The notes: generated by a model from the letters alone, not told the origin. A DNA stretch of 64,000 nucleotides from an uncultured Planctomycetota bacterium (GCA_963845755.1 CAWJTV010000044.1:1-64000); one strand, 5' to 3'. Positions 1 through 11,945 are shown, numbered from the stretch's first letter. A program made the numbers and translations.

Positions 1-428
1 CGACGAACCCCTGACAATCGAAGATGGTATGCCGACGGTGAAGTGCAGGGCTTTGCCGATGAGGACCAGCCGGTCGCCGGGTCGGACCTGGCCACGAAAT
101 CGCACCTCCTCCATTCCGCCGAAGGCGATGAATCCCTCGTCGTTGAGGTGGACCTGTTGGCAGAAGAAGCTCGAAAGCTGCGCGGTGGCCTCGCACATGA
201 GGACCCCGGGAAGCAACGGGTAGCCAGGCATGTGGCCCCGCACCCAGAACTCGTCGGAACCAACATCCTTGTAGCCGATGACCAGGTTGTTCTCCAGGTC
301 GAGGTCAATGATGGCCGAGATCTGTTCCATCTCGAACCGTTGCGGATTGAGCGACGGATTCCCTCCCGGTTGACCAGGATGCGCGAGGTATCGATGGAGG
401 CGGGGTTGACCAAGGGCGCGGGTGGCAT
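1..428 (-). CDS. fabZ: FabZ-family beta-hydroxyacyl-ACP dehydratase (runs off the window edge; frameshift near 350)
   Basis: Joined minus-strand frames read MPPAPLVNPASIDTSRILV..PQRFEMEQISAI..KDVGSDEFWVRGHMPGYPLLPGVLMCEATAQL..VRFRGQVRPGD, the hot-dog dehydratase GH(F/M)PGxPxxPGV motif. Confidence 0.8.
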   Translation of the reverse strand, partial: MPPAPLVNPASIDTSRILVNREGIRRSIRNGSRWNRSRPSLTSTWRTTWSSATRMLVPTSSGCGATCLATRCFPGSSCARPPRSFRASSANRSTSTTRDSSPSAEWRRCDFVARSDPATGWSSSAKPCTSPSAYHLRLSGVR

Positions 429-603
429 TGGGTGCGGTTCCTTTCTCGTTTCAATCCGCTCCCGAGCTGGGTTCGGGAGACGCCGCGATGGTGTCGCTTC
501 GCGACGATCTTTATGATGACTTCCGCCGACAACTTCGACAAGGGGGATCATTACCTTGACTAGCGGTTCCACTCGGACCGGACCACCGATTGGAGAAAGC
601 ATC

Positions 604-1420
604 GTGAGCGTACGAGCCCTAGGTACCATGGTGACTTACGGTTACCCGGACCTCGACCTGGACGAGGAACTGGCGCTGGCAACCCGTTTCGGTGTTGAGG
701 TCCTGGAGATCCTGCCGGACTGGAGTCGATTCCCAGATCCCGTCTGGTCGGCGCGGTGCAGCCCACCATGGGCTGGCGATTCGATATGCCCACGGATGCT
801 GGGGGAGCCGAACTATCCGCGCCATGCGAGTTGACCTGGGTGCGACCGACCCGACCATCCACCGCAACTCGATCGACGACCTGATACGGTGCGCCGATTG
901 GCTGAATGAGGCCGGAGGTACCTGCCTCGTCGTGCATCCCGGCGGGTTGTCGGACCCGGCCGAAGGGGAGGCCCGTCGCGCATTGCTGGGGGCGGGCTCA
1001 TCGCACTGGCCGAGCACGCCACCGGGCTGCACGTCCGGATTTGCGTCGAGAACATGCCTCCGGCGTTATTCCGGCAGCCGGATGGCCGAACTCGTCAGCT
1101 CCTGACCGGCTGAACCACCCCAAGTTGGCCTGGCGCTTGACACCGGGCACGCCAACCTCACCGCCTCGCCTCACGACGAGACATACGCCGCCGGTTCTCT
1201 CTTAATGACGACCCACGTCCACGACAATAACGGAAGGCAGGACTCCCACCTGCCGCCCGGTCATGGCACCATCGACTGGCTGGCCTGGGGCCGGGACCTC
1301 GATGCCATCGCCTACACCGGACCGATCATGCTGGAATGCATCCGCCATCTTCGACAGCGGCCGACCGACTACCGCCCTGAGGTCCTGCGGGGGCTCGTGC
1401 GGCCGTCGCGGGATGAGTGA
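604..1420 (+). CDS. Sugar phosphate isomerase/epimerase (AP endonuclease 2-type TIM barrel), several frameshifts
   Basis: Fragments across frames: EILP, HGCWG, LVVHPGG, CVENMP, THVHDNNGRQDSHLPPGHGTIDW, IMLEC. Confidence 0.75.
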
Positions 1421-1493
1421 CAGGAGCCCCGGGGCTCCCACTTACGTCCTCGGAACCCGCCGAACAACCGGCATCGGACGGCGTGGTGATCGT

Positions 1494-1549
1494 CTGTGAA
1501 AAAAATCACCAAGTCTCTAGATCCCATATGATTTGGGATCTCATATGAG
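1494..1549. promoter_or_regulatory. CRP/Rex-like operator plus two palindromes upstream of the PFOR genes
   Basis: TGTGA-AAAAAA-TCACC (1495-1510); AGATCCCA-N7-TGGGATCT (1519-1541); CTCATATGAG (1540-1549), all in an AT-rich intergenic stretch. Confidence 0.45.
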
Positions 1550-1729
1550 CAAAACGAATCCAGTAGTTCAAAAGGTCCTTGCATCTGCTTGACTTGGGAG
1601 GGAGAATCGGTGCATGATCATCGAAGTGTCAAGCGACGGAGAGCGGACAGAGCGTCTCCTTTGCACGGCGTCCACCGGCTCGCCATTGACGGGAAGCCCA
1701 CGAATCGGTCCAGCCTCAGTGAGGTGGCA

Positions 1730-3718
1730 ATGAGCACGGTGCAGGTCGAGATCGGCAAGGCCGGGCAGGCCCCGGTGGCAGTCGAACAACCCGTCTCGGA
1801 ATCGTACGAGTATCCGGGTACGCCGACGACGTGCGACGGGGCAGAAGCCGTCGTCCACGTCGAAATCCACGTCGCCCAGGCGGCCGGTGCATACCCGATC
1901 ACGAGCTCGACGACGATGGGAGGGGGGTTCAACGCGGCCGTGACCAACGGGTTGAAGAACCTCTGGGGCGACGAGCTGGTGTTCTTCGAGCCGGAGAGCG
2001 AGCACTCCGCGGCCACGGTCTGCGAGGGATTCGCCGTCGCCGGGGGTCGGGTCACCAATTTCACCTCCGGCCAGGGGCTGGTGTTGATGAAGGAGGTGCT
2101 GTACACGATCTCGGGCAAACGTCTGCCGGTCGTGATGAACATCGGCGCCGGGGCGTTGACCAGCCAGGGACTCAACGTCCACGCCGGACATGACGATGTG
2201 ATGGCGGTTGCCGACTGCGGCTGGGGCATGATGTTCGCCCGCAACGCCCAGGAGGCGGGCGACTTCTGCCTGATCGCCCGCCGCACCGCCGAAGCCACTC
2301 AGACTCCGTTCTTCAGCGTCCAGGACGGCTTCCTCACCACTCATACCGTCGAGACGGTCCGGCTCCCCGAGCCGGCGTTCATGAAGGAGTTCATCGGCGA
2401 CCCCAAGGAGAAACTGGTCAACCTGATGGACCCGGCCAACCCGTTGATGTCGGGCGTCGTCCAGAACCAGGACTCCTACATGAAGGGCAAGATCGCCCAG
2501 CGCTGGTATTACCAGCGGTGCGAGCCCGCCCTGGAGAATGCCTTTGCCGAGTTCGCCCGCAAGACCGGCCGGCAGTATGACTTCCTCGAACCCTACCGGT
2601 GCGAAGATGCCGACTACATCCTGATCGGCATGGGTTGCTACATGGAGACCGCCAAGGCGACCGTGGACTATTTGCGCAATGTGCACGGGATCGCGGCCGG
2701 CTGCCTGACCGTGTTCGTCTTCCGGCCGTTCCCGGGCGCCAGCTCGTCAAGGCGCTGAGCGACTGCCGGGCGGTCACGGTCTTCGATCGGATGGACGACC
2801 CTCTCTCCACGACGGGCAACCACCTGGCCCGCGAGCTCAAGGCGGCCTTCTGCGACGCCGTCAATGGCCAGAACGGACAGGATCGGATCGACCAGATCCC
2901 GAGAATCTACGGCGCGGCGGCCGGGCTGGGCAGTCGCGACGTCCGGCCCGGTGACATCATCGCCGCGTTCCAGAACATGATCGACGACGGGCCTGACTTC
3001 TACTGCCTCGGCATCGATCACCCCCTGCGCGAAGGTCACCGAGGACCCCGACCTGCGACCGCCGGGGGCTTCTCGATGCGCGGGCACTCCGTCGGCGGAT
3101 TCGGCTCGGTGACGACCAACAAGGTCATCGCCACGATCGCCGGCGACGTCTTCGGCAAGGACGTCCAGGCGTATCCCAAGTACGGCTCGGAGAAGAAGGG
3201 GCTTCCCACCACCTATTACCTGACCATCGCCGACTTGCACATCACACCCACTGCGAGCTCGAGCAGGTTGACCTGATCTGCGTCAACGACCCGACCGCGA
3301 TCCTCATGCGGAGCCATTCAAGGGCATGCTACCCGGAGGGGCCGTCTTCTTGCAGTCCCCCTATATTGATCCGATCGATGTCTGGAAGCGAATCCCCGAG
3401 TTCAACCGCCGGACCATCCGCGACAAGAAGCTCCGCGTCTACTACGCCGACATGGTCAAGATCGCGCGAGAGGTCGCTTCGGTCGCCGATCTCCAGATGA
3501 GGATGCAGGGAATCGTGCTCCTCGGCGCATTCTTGCGACTTACCCCCTACGCGCGCAAGAGCGAGATGAGCGACGAGCAGGTCTACGCCGGGGTCGAGAG
3601 AGCCCTCCGCAAGTACTTCGGCAAGCGCGGCGATCGCATCGTCCAGGACAACCTGACCTGCGTCAAGCGGGGCTACAGTGAGATGAAAGAAGTTCCCGCG
3701 GACTTGATTCAATCCTGA
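1730..3718 (+). CDS. Pyruvate:ferredoxin/flavodoxin oxidoreductase, N-terminal (alpha+gamma domain) subunit; frameshifts near 2740, 3030-3070 and 3240-3320
   Basis: AYPITSS, ESEHSAA, TSGQGLVLM, DGFLTTH, GLGSRD, HSVGGFGSVTTNK and YGSEKKG motifs in successive frames. Confidence 0.9.
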
Positions 3719-3763
3719 CAGTAAACCCGAAACTGAAAACGGAACACATACAAGGACTGACCC

Positions 3764-5414
3764 ATGGCACAACTCGCCCCTCCCAAGCCCTCGATGAACG
3801 AAGCCAGTGAGCAGGATCCGTTTAACAATAATTCCTACGGCAGTCTGGTTGACAGCCCCTACAAGATGGTGAATCTCCCGGTCCTGGACGTGCTCGACTT
3901 CAACGAGCGGATCATCCGCGGCTACGAAGAGGGTACGGCCGAGAAGGAGATGCCGGCCGACTTGACCCTGGCCCGCTCGCTGGTCCCCTCCGGGACGGCC
4001 ACGCTCCGCGACTTCAGCAACATCTCGCCGGAAATCCCGTTGTACATCACCGAGAATTGCACCGGCTGCATGGACTGCGTGACCGAGTGCCCCGACACGG
4101 CGATCCTGGGCAAGGTCCTGTCCGAGCCCCAACTTGAGGAGAAACTCCGGTCGATCGCCGACTCCGACGATCGGGCGATGTTTCAGTCGCAGTGGTCGCG
4201 GACCAAGAAGTACTACGACGCCCCGAAGAAGAAGGGGCTGGCCGGTGGCATGTTCAACATCATCATCGACCCGAGCAAGTGCAAGGGATGCGCCGAGTGT
4301 GTCACCGTCTGCGATGACAACGCGCTGAAGATGATCGCCAAGACCGACGACGTGATGGTCAACTCACGCAAGAGTCACCGGTTCTTCAAGAACTTCGGGC
4401 CCAGCAACGACCAGTACATCAACGAGAGCCTGCTCATCGACATGATGCTCAAGGAGCAGACGCTGCTCTACACTGGCGGGGCCGGGTCGTGCGCCGGCTG
4501 CGGCGAGGGGACGGCCCTGCGGATGCTCTGTGCCGCGACCGGCTGGAAGTACAACGACCAGTGGGGCATCGTCGCGGCGACGGGGTGCAACACGGTCTAC
4601 ACCTCGACCTACCCGTATAACCCCTACCTGGTCCCCTGGACCAACTCGCTATTCGAGAACGCCCCGGCCGATGCCATCGGCGTCCGGTTGCGGTGGGATC
4701 AGATGGGTTGGGCCGATAAGCCGCTGTGGTGCATCGGCGGCGACGGCGCCATGTTTGACATCGGCTTCCAGTCGCTGTCGCGAATGTTGGCCAGTGGCAT
4801 GAACATCAAGGTGTTTGTGCTCGATACCCAGGTGTACTCCAACACGGGCGGCCAGGCCTCGACCAGCAGCTACACCGGCCAGAACACCAAGATGAGCGTG
4901 CACGGCAAGTCCATAGGAGGCAAGCAGGAGCGCCGCAAGGAGATCGCCCAGATTGCCATGATGCACCCGCGCACTTTTCGTCGCCCAGACCACTTGCGCC
5001 CACGTCAACCACTTCTACAAGTCGGTACTTGGTGCACTCGAATTCGACGGCCCCGCCGTCATCTCTTGTTATACGACCTGCCAGCCCGAACACGGCGTCG
5101 CCGATAACATGGCCGGCGAACAGGCACGCCTGGCCGTTGACACCCGGGCGTTTCCCCTGTTGATCTACGACCCTCGCAAGGGGAACACCATCCGGGAACG
5201 GCTCTCGCTCCAGGGCAACCCGTCCATGAAGGACGATTGGTACACCAACCCCAAGACCAAGGAGACGGTCAGCTTCATCGACTTTGCCCGTAGCGAAGGA
5301 CGCTTCTCCAAGCACTTCGACCATGACGGCAACCCATCGGAAACCCTGAACCGCGTGAATGAGGATCGCCTTGACAACTGGCACACCCTCCAGGAGCTCG
5401 CCGGTCTGAGGTGA
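3764..5414 (+). CDS. Pyruvate:ferredoxin oxidoreductase, ferredoxin + TPP-binding (beta) subunit; frameshift near 4980
   Basis: CTGCMDCVTECP and CKGCAECVTVC 4Fe-4S motifs; GSCAGCGE, ATGC, GGDGAMFDIGF, VYSNTGGQ. Confidence 0.9.
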
Positions 5415-5426
5415 GGCCACGGAGCG

Positions 5427-5485
5427 TCGACCTCGCATGAGATGGGGCGGCTCAGTGTGCCGCCCCTCTCTTGCTGCGAGGTCGA
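5427..5485 (+). terminator. Long stem-loop after the PFOR operon (terminator or 3' stabilising hairpin)
   Basis: TCGACCTCGCA (5427-5437) pairs with TGCGAGGTCGA (5475-5485); inner GGGGCGGC/GCCGCCCC stem; no U-tract. Confidence 0.5.
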
Positions 5486-6166
5486 GTCCTGATCGGCTTC
5501 TTTCCGGGAGAGGGCCAAAGGACGCTTACCCGACCCGGCGACGAGGCATTGGGCCGCAGGATGGACTCGCGGCGGAGGTCCAGGAGTTCGATGACAAAGA
5601 TTGGTGGGATCGTGGGTAGCGGACCTGACGGCCTCCGATACGAGTAAACGGGACGCCGGGTCTTCAATGTAAAATTCGGATATCACATCGGCACTCACGT
5701 TCGATGCATCCTTATCCCGGAAGCGGGTCAACGACTGTCGGCCTCATTCCTCCGCCGTCGCCTCGGCTCGAATTCGAAGGTTGACCTCGAGAATTTCGTG
5801 TCTGCTTCCGGCATACCTCTCACAACACACCGCCGAGGGCGTTCTCCCGCTTCGAGGATCGGAGCGTCCAGAGTATCTGGATCGTCGAAATCGGCGACGA
5901 TGCGGATGCCGTCGAGACTCCAGGCTTTCTCCTGCCCACGATAGGTCTTTGACTCCTCCGCGGGAAACCGATTTCGGTTCTCGATCTGCTGTCCGTTTGC
6001 AATCTGATCGGCTGGCGATTGGTCGGTCGTCAGGATGACATCCAGGGATTTGAGGCCTTCCACAAGGTCCCCACGATTTGATGTTAACGGGAGCGGCCTC
6101 GTTCGTCAAAATGAGAGGCAGAGTAGCCCATGCCATCTCCAAGTATGATCTCGGGGAGTTCAACCG

Positions 6167-6487
6167 ATGACGACCGCACCGTTGGCCGTCCATGAGTATT
6201 GTGCCGGTGGGCTCGATCAGGCCATGGAGTTCCTCAAGCGCACGCGGTCCGAGCTGCGCATGCTCCGGATGGTCCGCGTGGCGAAGGATTCCCTGCGCAT
6301 CTATGATGTCAATGGGGACCTCTTCGAGATCCGGGGCCTCGGCTATCCCGACCCCGACTTGATCCCGCTGTTGCAGAGCATCAACGCCGTTTACAATCCG
6401 AACACGATTCACGAGCCCACCGAGGCGGAATACAAGGAATTCAAGACCGGCCGGTGCCGGCCCTGGGCCGAGGATCGCGTGATGTGA
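6167..6487 (+). CDS. Hypothetical protein (106 aa)
   Basis: GGGGAG ribosome-binding site, GC-rich third codon positions, protein-like composition. Confidence 0.7.
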   Translation: MTTAPLAVHEYCAGGLDQAMEFLKRTRSELRMLRMVRVAKDSLRIYDVNGDLFEIRGLGYPDPDLIPLLQSINAVYNPNTIHEPTEAEYKEFKTGRCRPWAEDRVM

Positions 6488-6521
6488 CGGGCGGGCGGCC
6501 GGGGAGGAGGGCCTGTACTCC

Positions 6522-6930
6522 ATGGACATCGTCTACACGATCGAGTCCTATCCCGCGCTGAGTGTCGAGGAATTCCTCAGCGTCTTGCGACGATCCACGC
6601 TGGCGGAGTCGCCGGCCGGTTGACGAGCCGGAGACGGTACGTGGAATGCTGGAAAACGCCGACCTGCTCGTGGCGGCCCGGTTGGAGGGGCTGCTGGTGG
6701 GGATCTCCCGGGCGATTACCGACTACCATTTTTGCACGTATCTCTCCGATCTCGCGGTTGACGAAGCGTATCAGCGCCAGGGAATCGGCCAGGAGCTGAT
6801 CCGTCGGACCCACGAAGCGGCCGGACGAAAGACGCACTTGATCCTACTCGCCGCTCCCAAGGCGAGAGACTATTACCCGCATATCGGTATGGCCGCCCAC
6901 GACTCGTGCTGGATGATTCCCCGCCTGTGA
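6522..6930 (+). CDS. GNAT-family N-acetyltransferase (frameshift near 6608)
   Basis: [21 protein letters not shown] acetyl-CoA-binding motif; N-terminus [16 protein letters not shown] in the adjacent frame. Confidence 0.85.
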
Positions 6931-7060
6931 CGACCTGGAGTCTTCCTCGCTGGGGAATGGTCAACCGCGGAGGATCATGGCATAATCCACAGGAAGGACA
7001 TGAGTGGAGAAGTCCGAAGGGAAACCTACGGAACACCCTATTCGGAAAGCGGGCATCGAC

Positions 7061-7750
7061 ATGTCAGGGATCCACAGGACCACGCGAGTTGCCTCGGTGC
7101 TCGGCCTGCTTCTCGCCTCGGGCCAATGCTTCGAGTCCATAGCCTGGGGTCAGGGCGCTATCGCCTTCCAACCGGTTATCGGTTTCGTGCCCGATGGTGC
7201 CGCTGTTAACGTGATGCCAGTCGTCTCGGCCGACCGTCGTTATGTCCGCCTTAGCGTCAATCCCTATTTCACGACAGCCTTCGGCTTTACGACCTATCAG
7301 TCACAACTGGGCGCTGTCGGTGGCGTGGGCTTTGCCGGAATGAATGGCGCGATGGGTGGCGGTGGTGCTGGCGTGGGTGGCGGTGCGGGTGTTGGCGGCG
7401 TCGGTCTCGGGAATGGGGCAGGGGGGCCATTCGGCCAGTTCGGTCGGCCGGATACGGGCACTTATGTTGCCGGAGACTATCCTTTAACTTCCGTCGGCAT
7501 CGCTCAGGGCTTCCCTCAGGGTGGCTTCCCCGCCAGCAGAGATGCTTTCGACCAGGCGAGCGACGAGTCGCAACCGGGAGTGGATGGTGGCCTTGGAGTG
7601 GCGAGCCCTCTTCGACCTGACCCGCCAGCAATATCCGGGACGGCTCAGGCTCGATCAGTTCGCACCGCGCCGCGGTCGAAAAGTGTCCGGAGGCCAGCCG
7701 CACGGAAACCGACTCGAAGCACGAGTAAGTCCAAGGCCTCCGCCCGCTGA
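7061..7750 (+). CDS. Putative secreted Gly-rich hypothetical protein
   Basis: Signal-like N-terminus, PVVSADRRYVRLSV motif, Gly-rich middle, basic tail. Confidence 0.6.
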   Translation: MSGIHRTTRVASVLGLLLASGQCFESIAWGQGAIAFQPVIGFVPDGAAVNVMPVVSADRRYVRLSVNPYFTTAFGFTTYQSQLGAVGGVGFAGMNGAMGGGGAGVGGGAGVGGVGLGNGAGGPFGQFGRPDTGTYVAGDYPLTSVGIAQGFPQGGFPASRDAFDQASDESQPGVDGGLGVASPLRPDPPAISGTAQARSVRTAPRSKSVRRPAARKPTRSTSKSKASAR

Positions 7751-7866
7751 CCTGCAAGGCCGATTCGATCGCGGTCGTACGGATGGATAAAATCCCTCAT
7801 GGGAGATATCAAACATCTCCCGACCGATTCTGGTCTCACAAGTTCGATTGCCGCATTGTCGGGTGA

Positions 7867-8711
7867 TTACGCCGATCGGTGCTGGGGATCGAAGTGTTTG
7901 ACGAGGGTGACCTCGTTACCGCGCTGATTGTACCGGAAGTCGTTGACCAGTCCACGGGCGAGCATGATCCCAAATCCGCCCTCGCGGAGCCCGAGCTCGT
8001 TGCGGATCTCCAGATGCCGGATGGGATCTTCATCCGAAGCGGCGTGCGGGAGGTCACGGGGATCGAAACCAGGGCCCTGGTCCTGAATGATGAGCGTCAC
8101 TGACGCCGGGTCGATCCGGTAAGTGATCCGCAGGACCAGCTCGGCGTTCTTCCGATGGCCCCATTCGATGGCGTTGCCCCCCATCTCCATTACAGCCTGC
8201 TTCAGGTCCTTGATGTGGCGTTCGGTCAAGGGGGTATGGGCGAAGAGATCCGCTAACAGGTCGCTGGCTTGGGCCAGGTAGGTCAGCTCGCTTCGGATAT
8301 CGAAATTGATCTCGCCGGTCGTCCCCTTCTGTAGGTGCTCGTCATGCCACGCGAGCGCATCATCCATGATCTGATAGAGTTGCGCCGGTGTGAATGGTTT
8401 GATCAGGTAGCCATTGGCTCCGACCCGCACGCCGGCCGCTCGTTCCTTGGTGTCGTGGTGTGCGGTGACCATCACGATGGGGATGAGGTTCGTCTTGCGA
8501 TCGCGCTTTCAGCCGATCGCACAGCTCAAACCCGTTAATGTCGGGCAGGGCCAGGTCGATGAGGATCAGGTCGGGCTGTGCGGCTCACCTCGACGAGGGC
8601 CTCGTCTCCCGAGTAAACCTGGACCGGTTCGAAACCACGAGGCCGAACGAGAGTAGCCAGGAGATCATTTGTGTCGCGCTCATTGTTGACGACCAAAACG
8701 GTGCGCGGCAT
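7867..8711 (-). CDS. Response regulator receiver fused to an RsbW-like (HATPase_c) anti-sigma kinase domain; frameshifts near 8510 and 8580
   Basis: MPRTVLVV..DLILIDLALPDINGFELC..IVMVTA..GANGYLIKPF, then EMGGNAIEWG, DQGPGFD, GGFGIML. Confidence 0.85.
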
Positions 8712-9038
8712 GGCAAGACCCGTAGAGCCTACGATAGTACGACCGCTCCCTGTGGCGGAGTCGGTCCAGGATTGGCTAGATTCATTCTCTCGCGCCGAAC
8801 CCTGCGTGGCAAGGCTTTGCACCGACGGGACGTTCTGAACGATCGGATCGGCCCTTCTGGGGAGTGTGGGAGTAGCCCAGGAAGTCGAGATGCGCTCCCT
8901 CTTGCGAGAGCCCCGGCCCCGACGGCACAATTGAGGAATGAGGTTGCATGTCCGACTGTGACTTTCTCCGCTTCCCCACCGCACCGCCGGCGCACTCGAA
9001 CGACCGTCGACGGACGTCGCTTGTTGGAACGTAAACCC

Positions 9039-9671
9039 ATGAACGTCACGCAGATCATCGACGCTTTCGGTTACGTGATTTATGGGGCACTGGCCGTCCT
9101 GGCCGTCTGGGGCACCTATAATGGAATCTTACTTTATCGCAGCCTTGCCAAGAAATCGCTGCGCGACCCTTCGGAGTTGATCGACCAGGTCCGCGAGTTA
9201 GGCCGTGCACGCCAGTGGGACAAGGCGGTCAACCTCTGTCAAACCCCTCAGTACTGGCACTCGGCGCTGGCGCAACTCATCGCGGTGGCGCTCAAGAACC
9301 GCGAAAAGGGGCTGGCCAAGATCAGGCAACTGGTGGTCACGGAGTTCCACAGCGAGGTCGTCGCGGGTATGGAGAATCGACTGGGTTCGGTCTCGACGAT
9401 CGTACGGATGGGGCCGCTCCTGGGTCTTCTGGGCACGGTGGCAAGCATGATTGGCGCGTTCGGCCGCATCGGCGGCTCCGAAAAGGTGAATCCGCAGGCC
9501 CTGGCTCAGGACATCAGCCTGGCGTTGTGGGCGACCGGCGCGGGACTGTTGATCGCCAACCCCATGATGCTGATAGGAAACGACGTCCATGCCCGGCTCA
9601 GGCGGCTCCGCGATCGCACGGAGCGACAACTCCAGGACGTCCTCGAAATTCTCGAGAAAGACCACGCGTAA
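9039..9671 (+). CDS. exbB: MotA/TolQ/ExbB proton channel protein
   Basis: N-terminal TM helix; GPLLGLLGTVASMIGAF and ISLALWATGAGL. Confidence 0.85.
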   Translation: MNVTQIIDAFGYVIYGALAVLAVWGTYNGILLYRSLAKKSLRDPSELIDQVRELGRARQWDKAVNLCQTPQYWHSALAQLIAVALKNREKGLAKIRQLVVTEFHSEVVAGMENRLGSVSTIVRMGPLLGLLGTVASMIGAFGRIGGSEKVNPQALAQDISLALWATGAGLLIANPMMLIGNDVHARLRRLRDRTERQLQDVLEILEKDHA

Positions 9672-9737
9672 TCGATATCCCGGCCACCGAGAATCCAATC
9701 GTCCGGATCTGAGAAACCGACGAGGGAACCTGCCGCC

Positions 9738-10176
9738 ATGCTACTCCGCCGCGACATCGATGAGGAACGGAACGAGCACATCGACATGACGCCGATGGTC
9801 GACGTGGTTTTCCAGCTCATGACCTTCATGCTCTTTTCCATCCAAATGAGCGGGGGCGAGAAAGTTGAACGTGCCCCCGGCTCGGCACGGGGTCGGTGTG
9901 GAGGAATCGTCGGCGACATTCCTGACTCTGACCAAACCCCCGACCGCTGGGGGTGAGTCGCGATTGTTGCTGGGTCATGGAGAAGGGTCGCCGGCCACGC
10001 TGGAACAGGCGCGGCAGGCGGTCGTTGAACGGCGCGAAAGCGGGTCGCGCAAGGTGATCCTCCAGGCCGATGGAGACGTCCCGCATGGCGACGTCCTCAA
10101 GGTCGCCGCCGCCGTCGCCCAGGTCGAGGGGATTACGGTCCATGTCGGCGTCCAGGAACTGACTGGCACTCCATGA
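9738..10176 (+). CDS. exbD: ExbD/TolR protein (frameshift near 9865)
   Basis: IDMTPMVDVVFQLMTFML; VILQADGDVPHGDV. Confidence 0.85.
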
Positions 10177-11759
10177 GCGCGGCGCAGGGATCTCTCGTGA
10201 ATTGGGACATCTTCCATGCGGACAGCCTGGAGTTGGAGCGCGGGCTGAGCACGGCCGCCGTCCGCGTGGCCCTGGCCAGCGGGTCGATGTGCGAGGACGA
10301 CCTTGTCCGGCCCGCGGGCACGACGGCGGCCTGGGCGCGCCTTGCCGATATCCCCGAGCTATCTAATCCCGGGAACGGACCTGACACATCATCCCCATTA
10401 CCGTCCTCGACGGCGGCCCCGGCCCCCCCCGGCGCCGAGCCAGCACCAAGGCCGTTGGCGAATCCGGTGCGCACGCCGCCGGCCGCGGTACCACCGCAGC
10501 GCGACGAGCACAGCGACTTCGAGATCGAGGCCGATGATGACGGTGCTCCATCTCACACCGCCCCGTCCCCCGCGACCCCGCCACCTGCCTGGCTCCAGCT
10601 TGGCGGCGAACCCGAGGACGTGGCCTTTCCCGTCTTGCCCGATCGACCAGCCGCGGCACGGCCCATCGAGCCGAGCCAGCCAGTGGCCGAGTTGACCGCG
10701 GCCTCAGCGTGGACCTGGGCCGAAGTGGAGGACGAAGACGAGGACGAAGAGGCGGGCGAGTCTTATGCCGAATTCGACGAGCAGATCGAGATCCTCGACG
10801 ACGACGGACCAGCCGGCCTGGAGATCCTGGACGAGGACCAACTCACGGTTCCGAGTCCGTATTCCCGGGAGTCGTTCGCCGAGACGAGCGGTAGTCGGGT
10901 GGCTCTGCCGGTGGTCGCCTCCCGCGATTGGAACGAGGATCGGCAACCGGTCGAGGGCGGGGAAGAGGAGGGCGACTTCACGCTGACTCGCAGCGGCCCC
11001 ATGACCGTCGAAGAACTCGATTTGGCCCCGATGGTCGATGTCGCCTTTCAGCTTGTCCTGTTCTTCATGGTGACTGCGACGACTGTGCTCTTCAAGACGC
11101 TCGAGATCCCCAAGCCCAATTCGGACCCGCCTCCGGGCGCCGTCGCCCAGGGGACCTCGCGCGCGCTCGACGATTTCAAGGATGCTTACGTCATTGTCGA
11201 AATCGACGCCTCCGGTGCGATGAAAATCGATCAGGAGCCGGTCCAGGCGGAATTGAGTGTGCTGGTCGAACGGCTCCGGACCGCCCGGGAGAAGACGAAC
11301 CGAAAGACGATGCTGCTCTCGGCCGAATTCGCCACCCCGCACCGCCATGCCGTGCTGGCCTATGATGCAGCCAACGAGATAGGCATGGGCATCGCGATTG
11401 CGAAACCGACGGGGCCTCAGGCGGCCGGCCCCGGACTATTGACCGGTTCCGGGCGGCCGGGTCTGGCCCCGGTCGCCCCGACTGCCGCCTCACCGACACC
11501 CCGCGCGCGCCAGATCCGGCCCCGGCTCCCAGCGAACCCGCGCCGAGATCCACGCCCTTTGACTGAAATCCAACCCGATCGGACCGCTCATTGTATTTTC
11601 GACAACCATCCCCTCGCTCGGCGCTTCGCTCTCCTCAGAAGCAAGAATCCACGCCTTGCACGCGGCGTGTTGCCCGAGCGAGCCAGGGCTGTTAGAATGT
11701 GCTCGGCCCTGATGAAGGCCGCATGTGCATCGCGACTCTTCACCAGGCAGGTTGCTTGA
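10173..11759 (+). CDS. ExbD/TolR protein with N-terminal GYF-like domain and long acidic/Pro-rich linker; true stop probably earlier (~11560)
   Basis: LASGSMCEDDLVRPAGTTAAW (GYF-like); LDLAPMVDVAFQLVLFFMV. The ORF tail overlaps the tRNA promoter, which suggests a frameshift. Confidence 0.75.
   Translation: MSAAQGSLVNWDIFHADSLELERGLSTAAVRVALASGSMCEDDLVRPAGTTAAWARLADIPELSNPGNGPDTSSPLPSSTAAPAPPGAEPAPRPLANPVRTPPAAVPPQRDEHSDFEIEADDDGAPSHTAPSPATPPPAWLQLGGEPEDVAFPVLPDRPAAARPIEPSQPVAELTAASAWTWAEVEDEDEDEEAGESYAEFDEQIEILDDDGPAGLEILDEDQLTVPSPYSRESFAETSGSRVALPVVASRDWNEDRQPVEGGEEEGDFTLTRSGPMTVEELDLAPMVDVAFQLVLFFMVTATTVLFKTLEIPKPNSDPPPGAVAQGTSRALDDFKDAYVIVEIDASGAMKIDQEPVQAELSVLVERLRTAREKTNRKTMLLSAEFATPHRHAVLAYDAANEIGMGIAIAKPTGPQAAGPGLLTGSGRPGLAPVAPTAASPTPRARQIRPRLPANPRRDPRPLTEIQPDRTAHCIFDNHPLARRFALLRSKNPRLARGVLPERARAVRMCSALMKAACASRLFTRQVA
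11670..11698 (+). promoter_or_regulatory. Sigma70-like promoter (probable native tRNA-Gly promoter)
   Basis: TTGCCC-17 nt-TAGAAT about 70 nt upstream of the tRNA 5' fragment. Confidence 0.6.
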
Positions 11760-11765
11760 TCCGCC

Positions 11766-11821
<56 letters not shown>

Positions 11822-11945
11822 GATGCGCTCGACAGGATTGGACAAGTCTGGACAAATCACGTCACAGCAACGGTTTACAGCGATCCTCTCTGAAAGTCCA
11901 CCTGGACAGGCTTAGCCCCATTTCGTCATCCTGAGCCAGAATCTT

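Noticed and set aside
5490..6150. Short ORFs or an ncRNA between PFOR and the 6167 gene
   Set aside because: No consistent ribosome-binding site, codon bias or recognisable RNA structure
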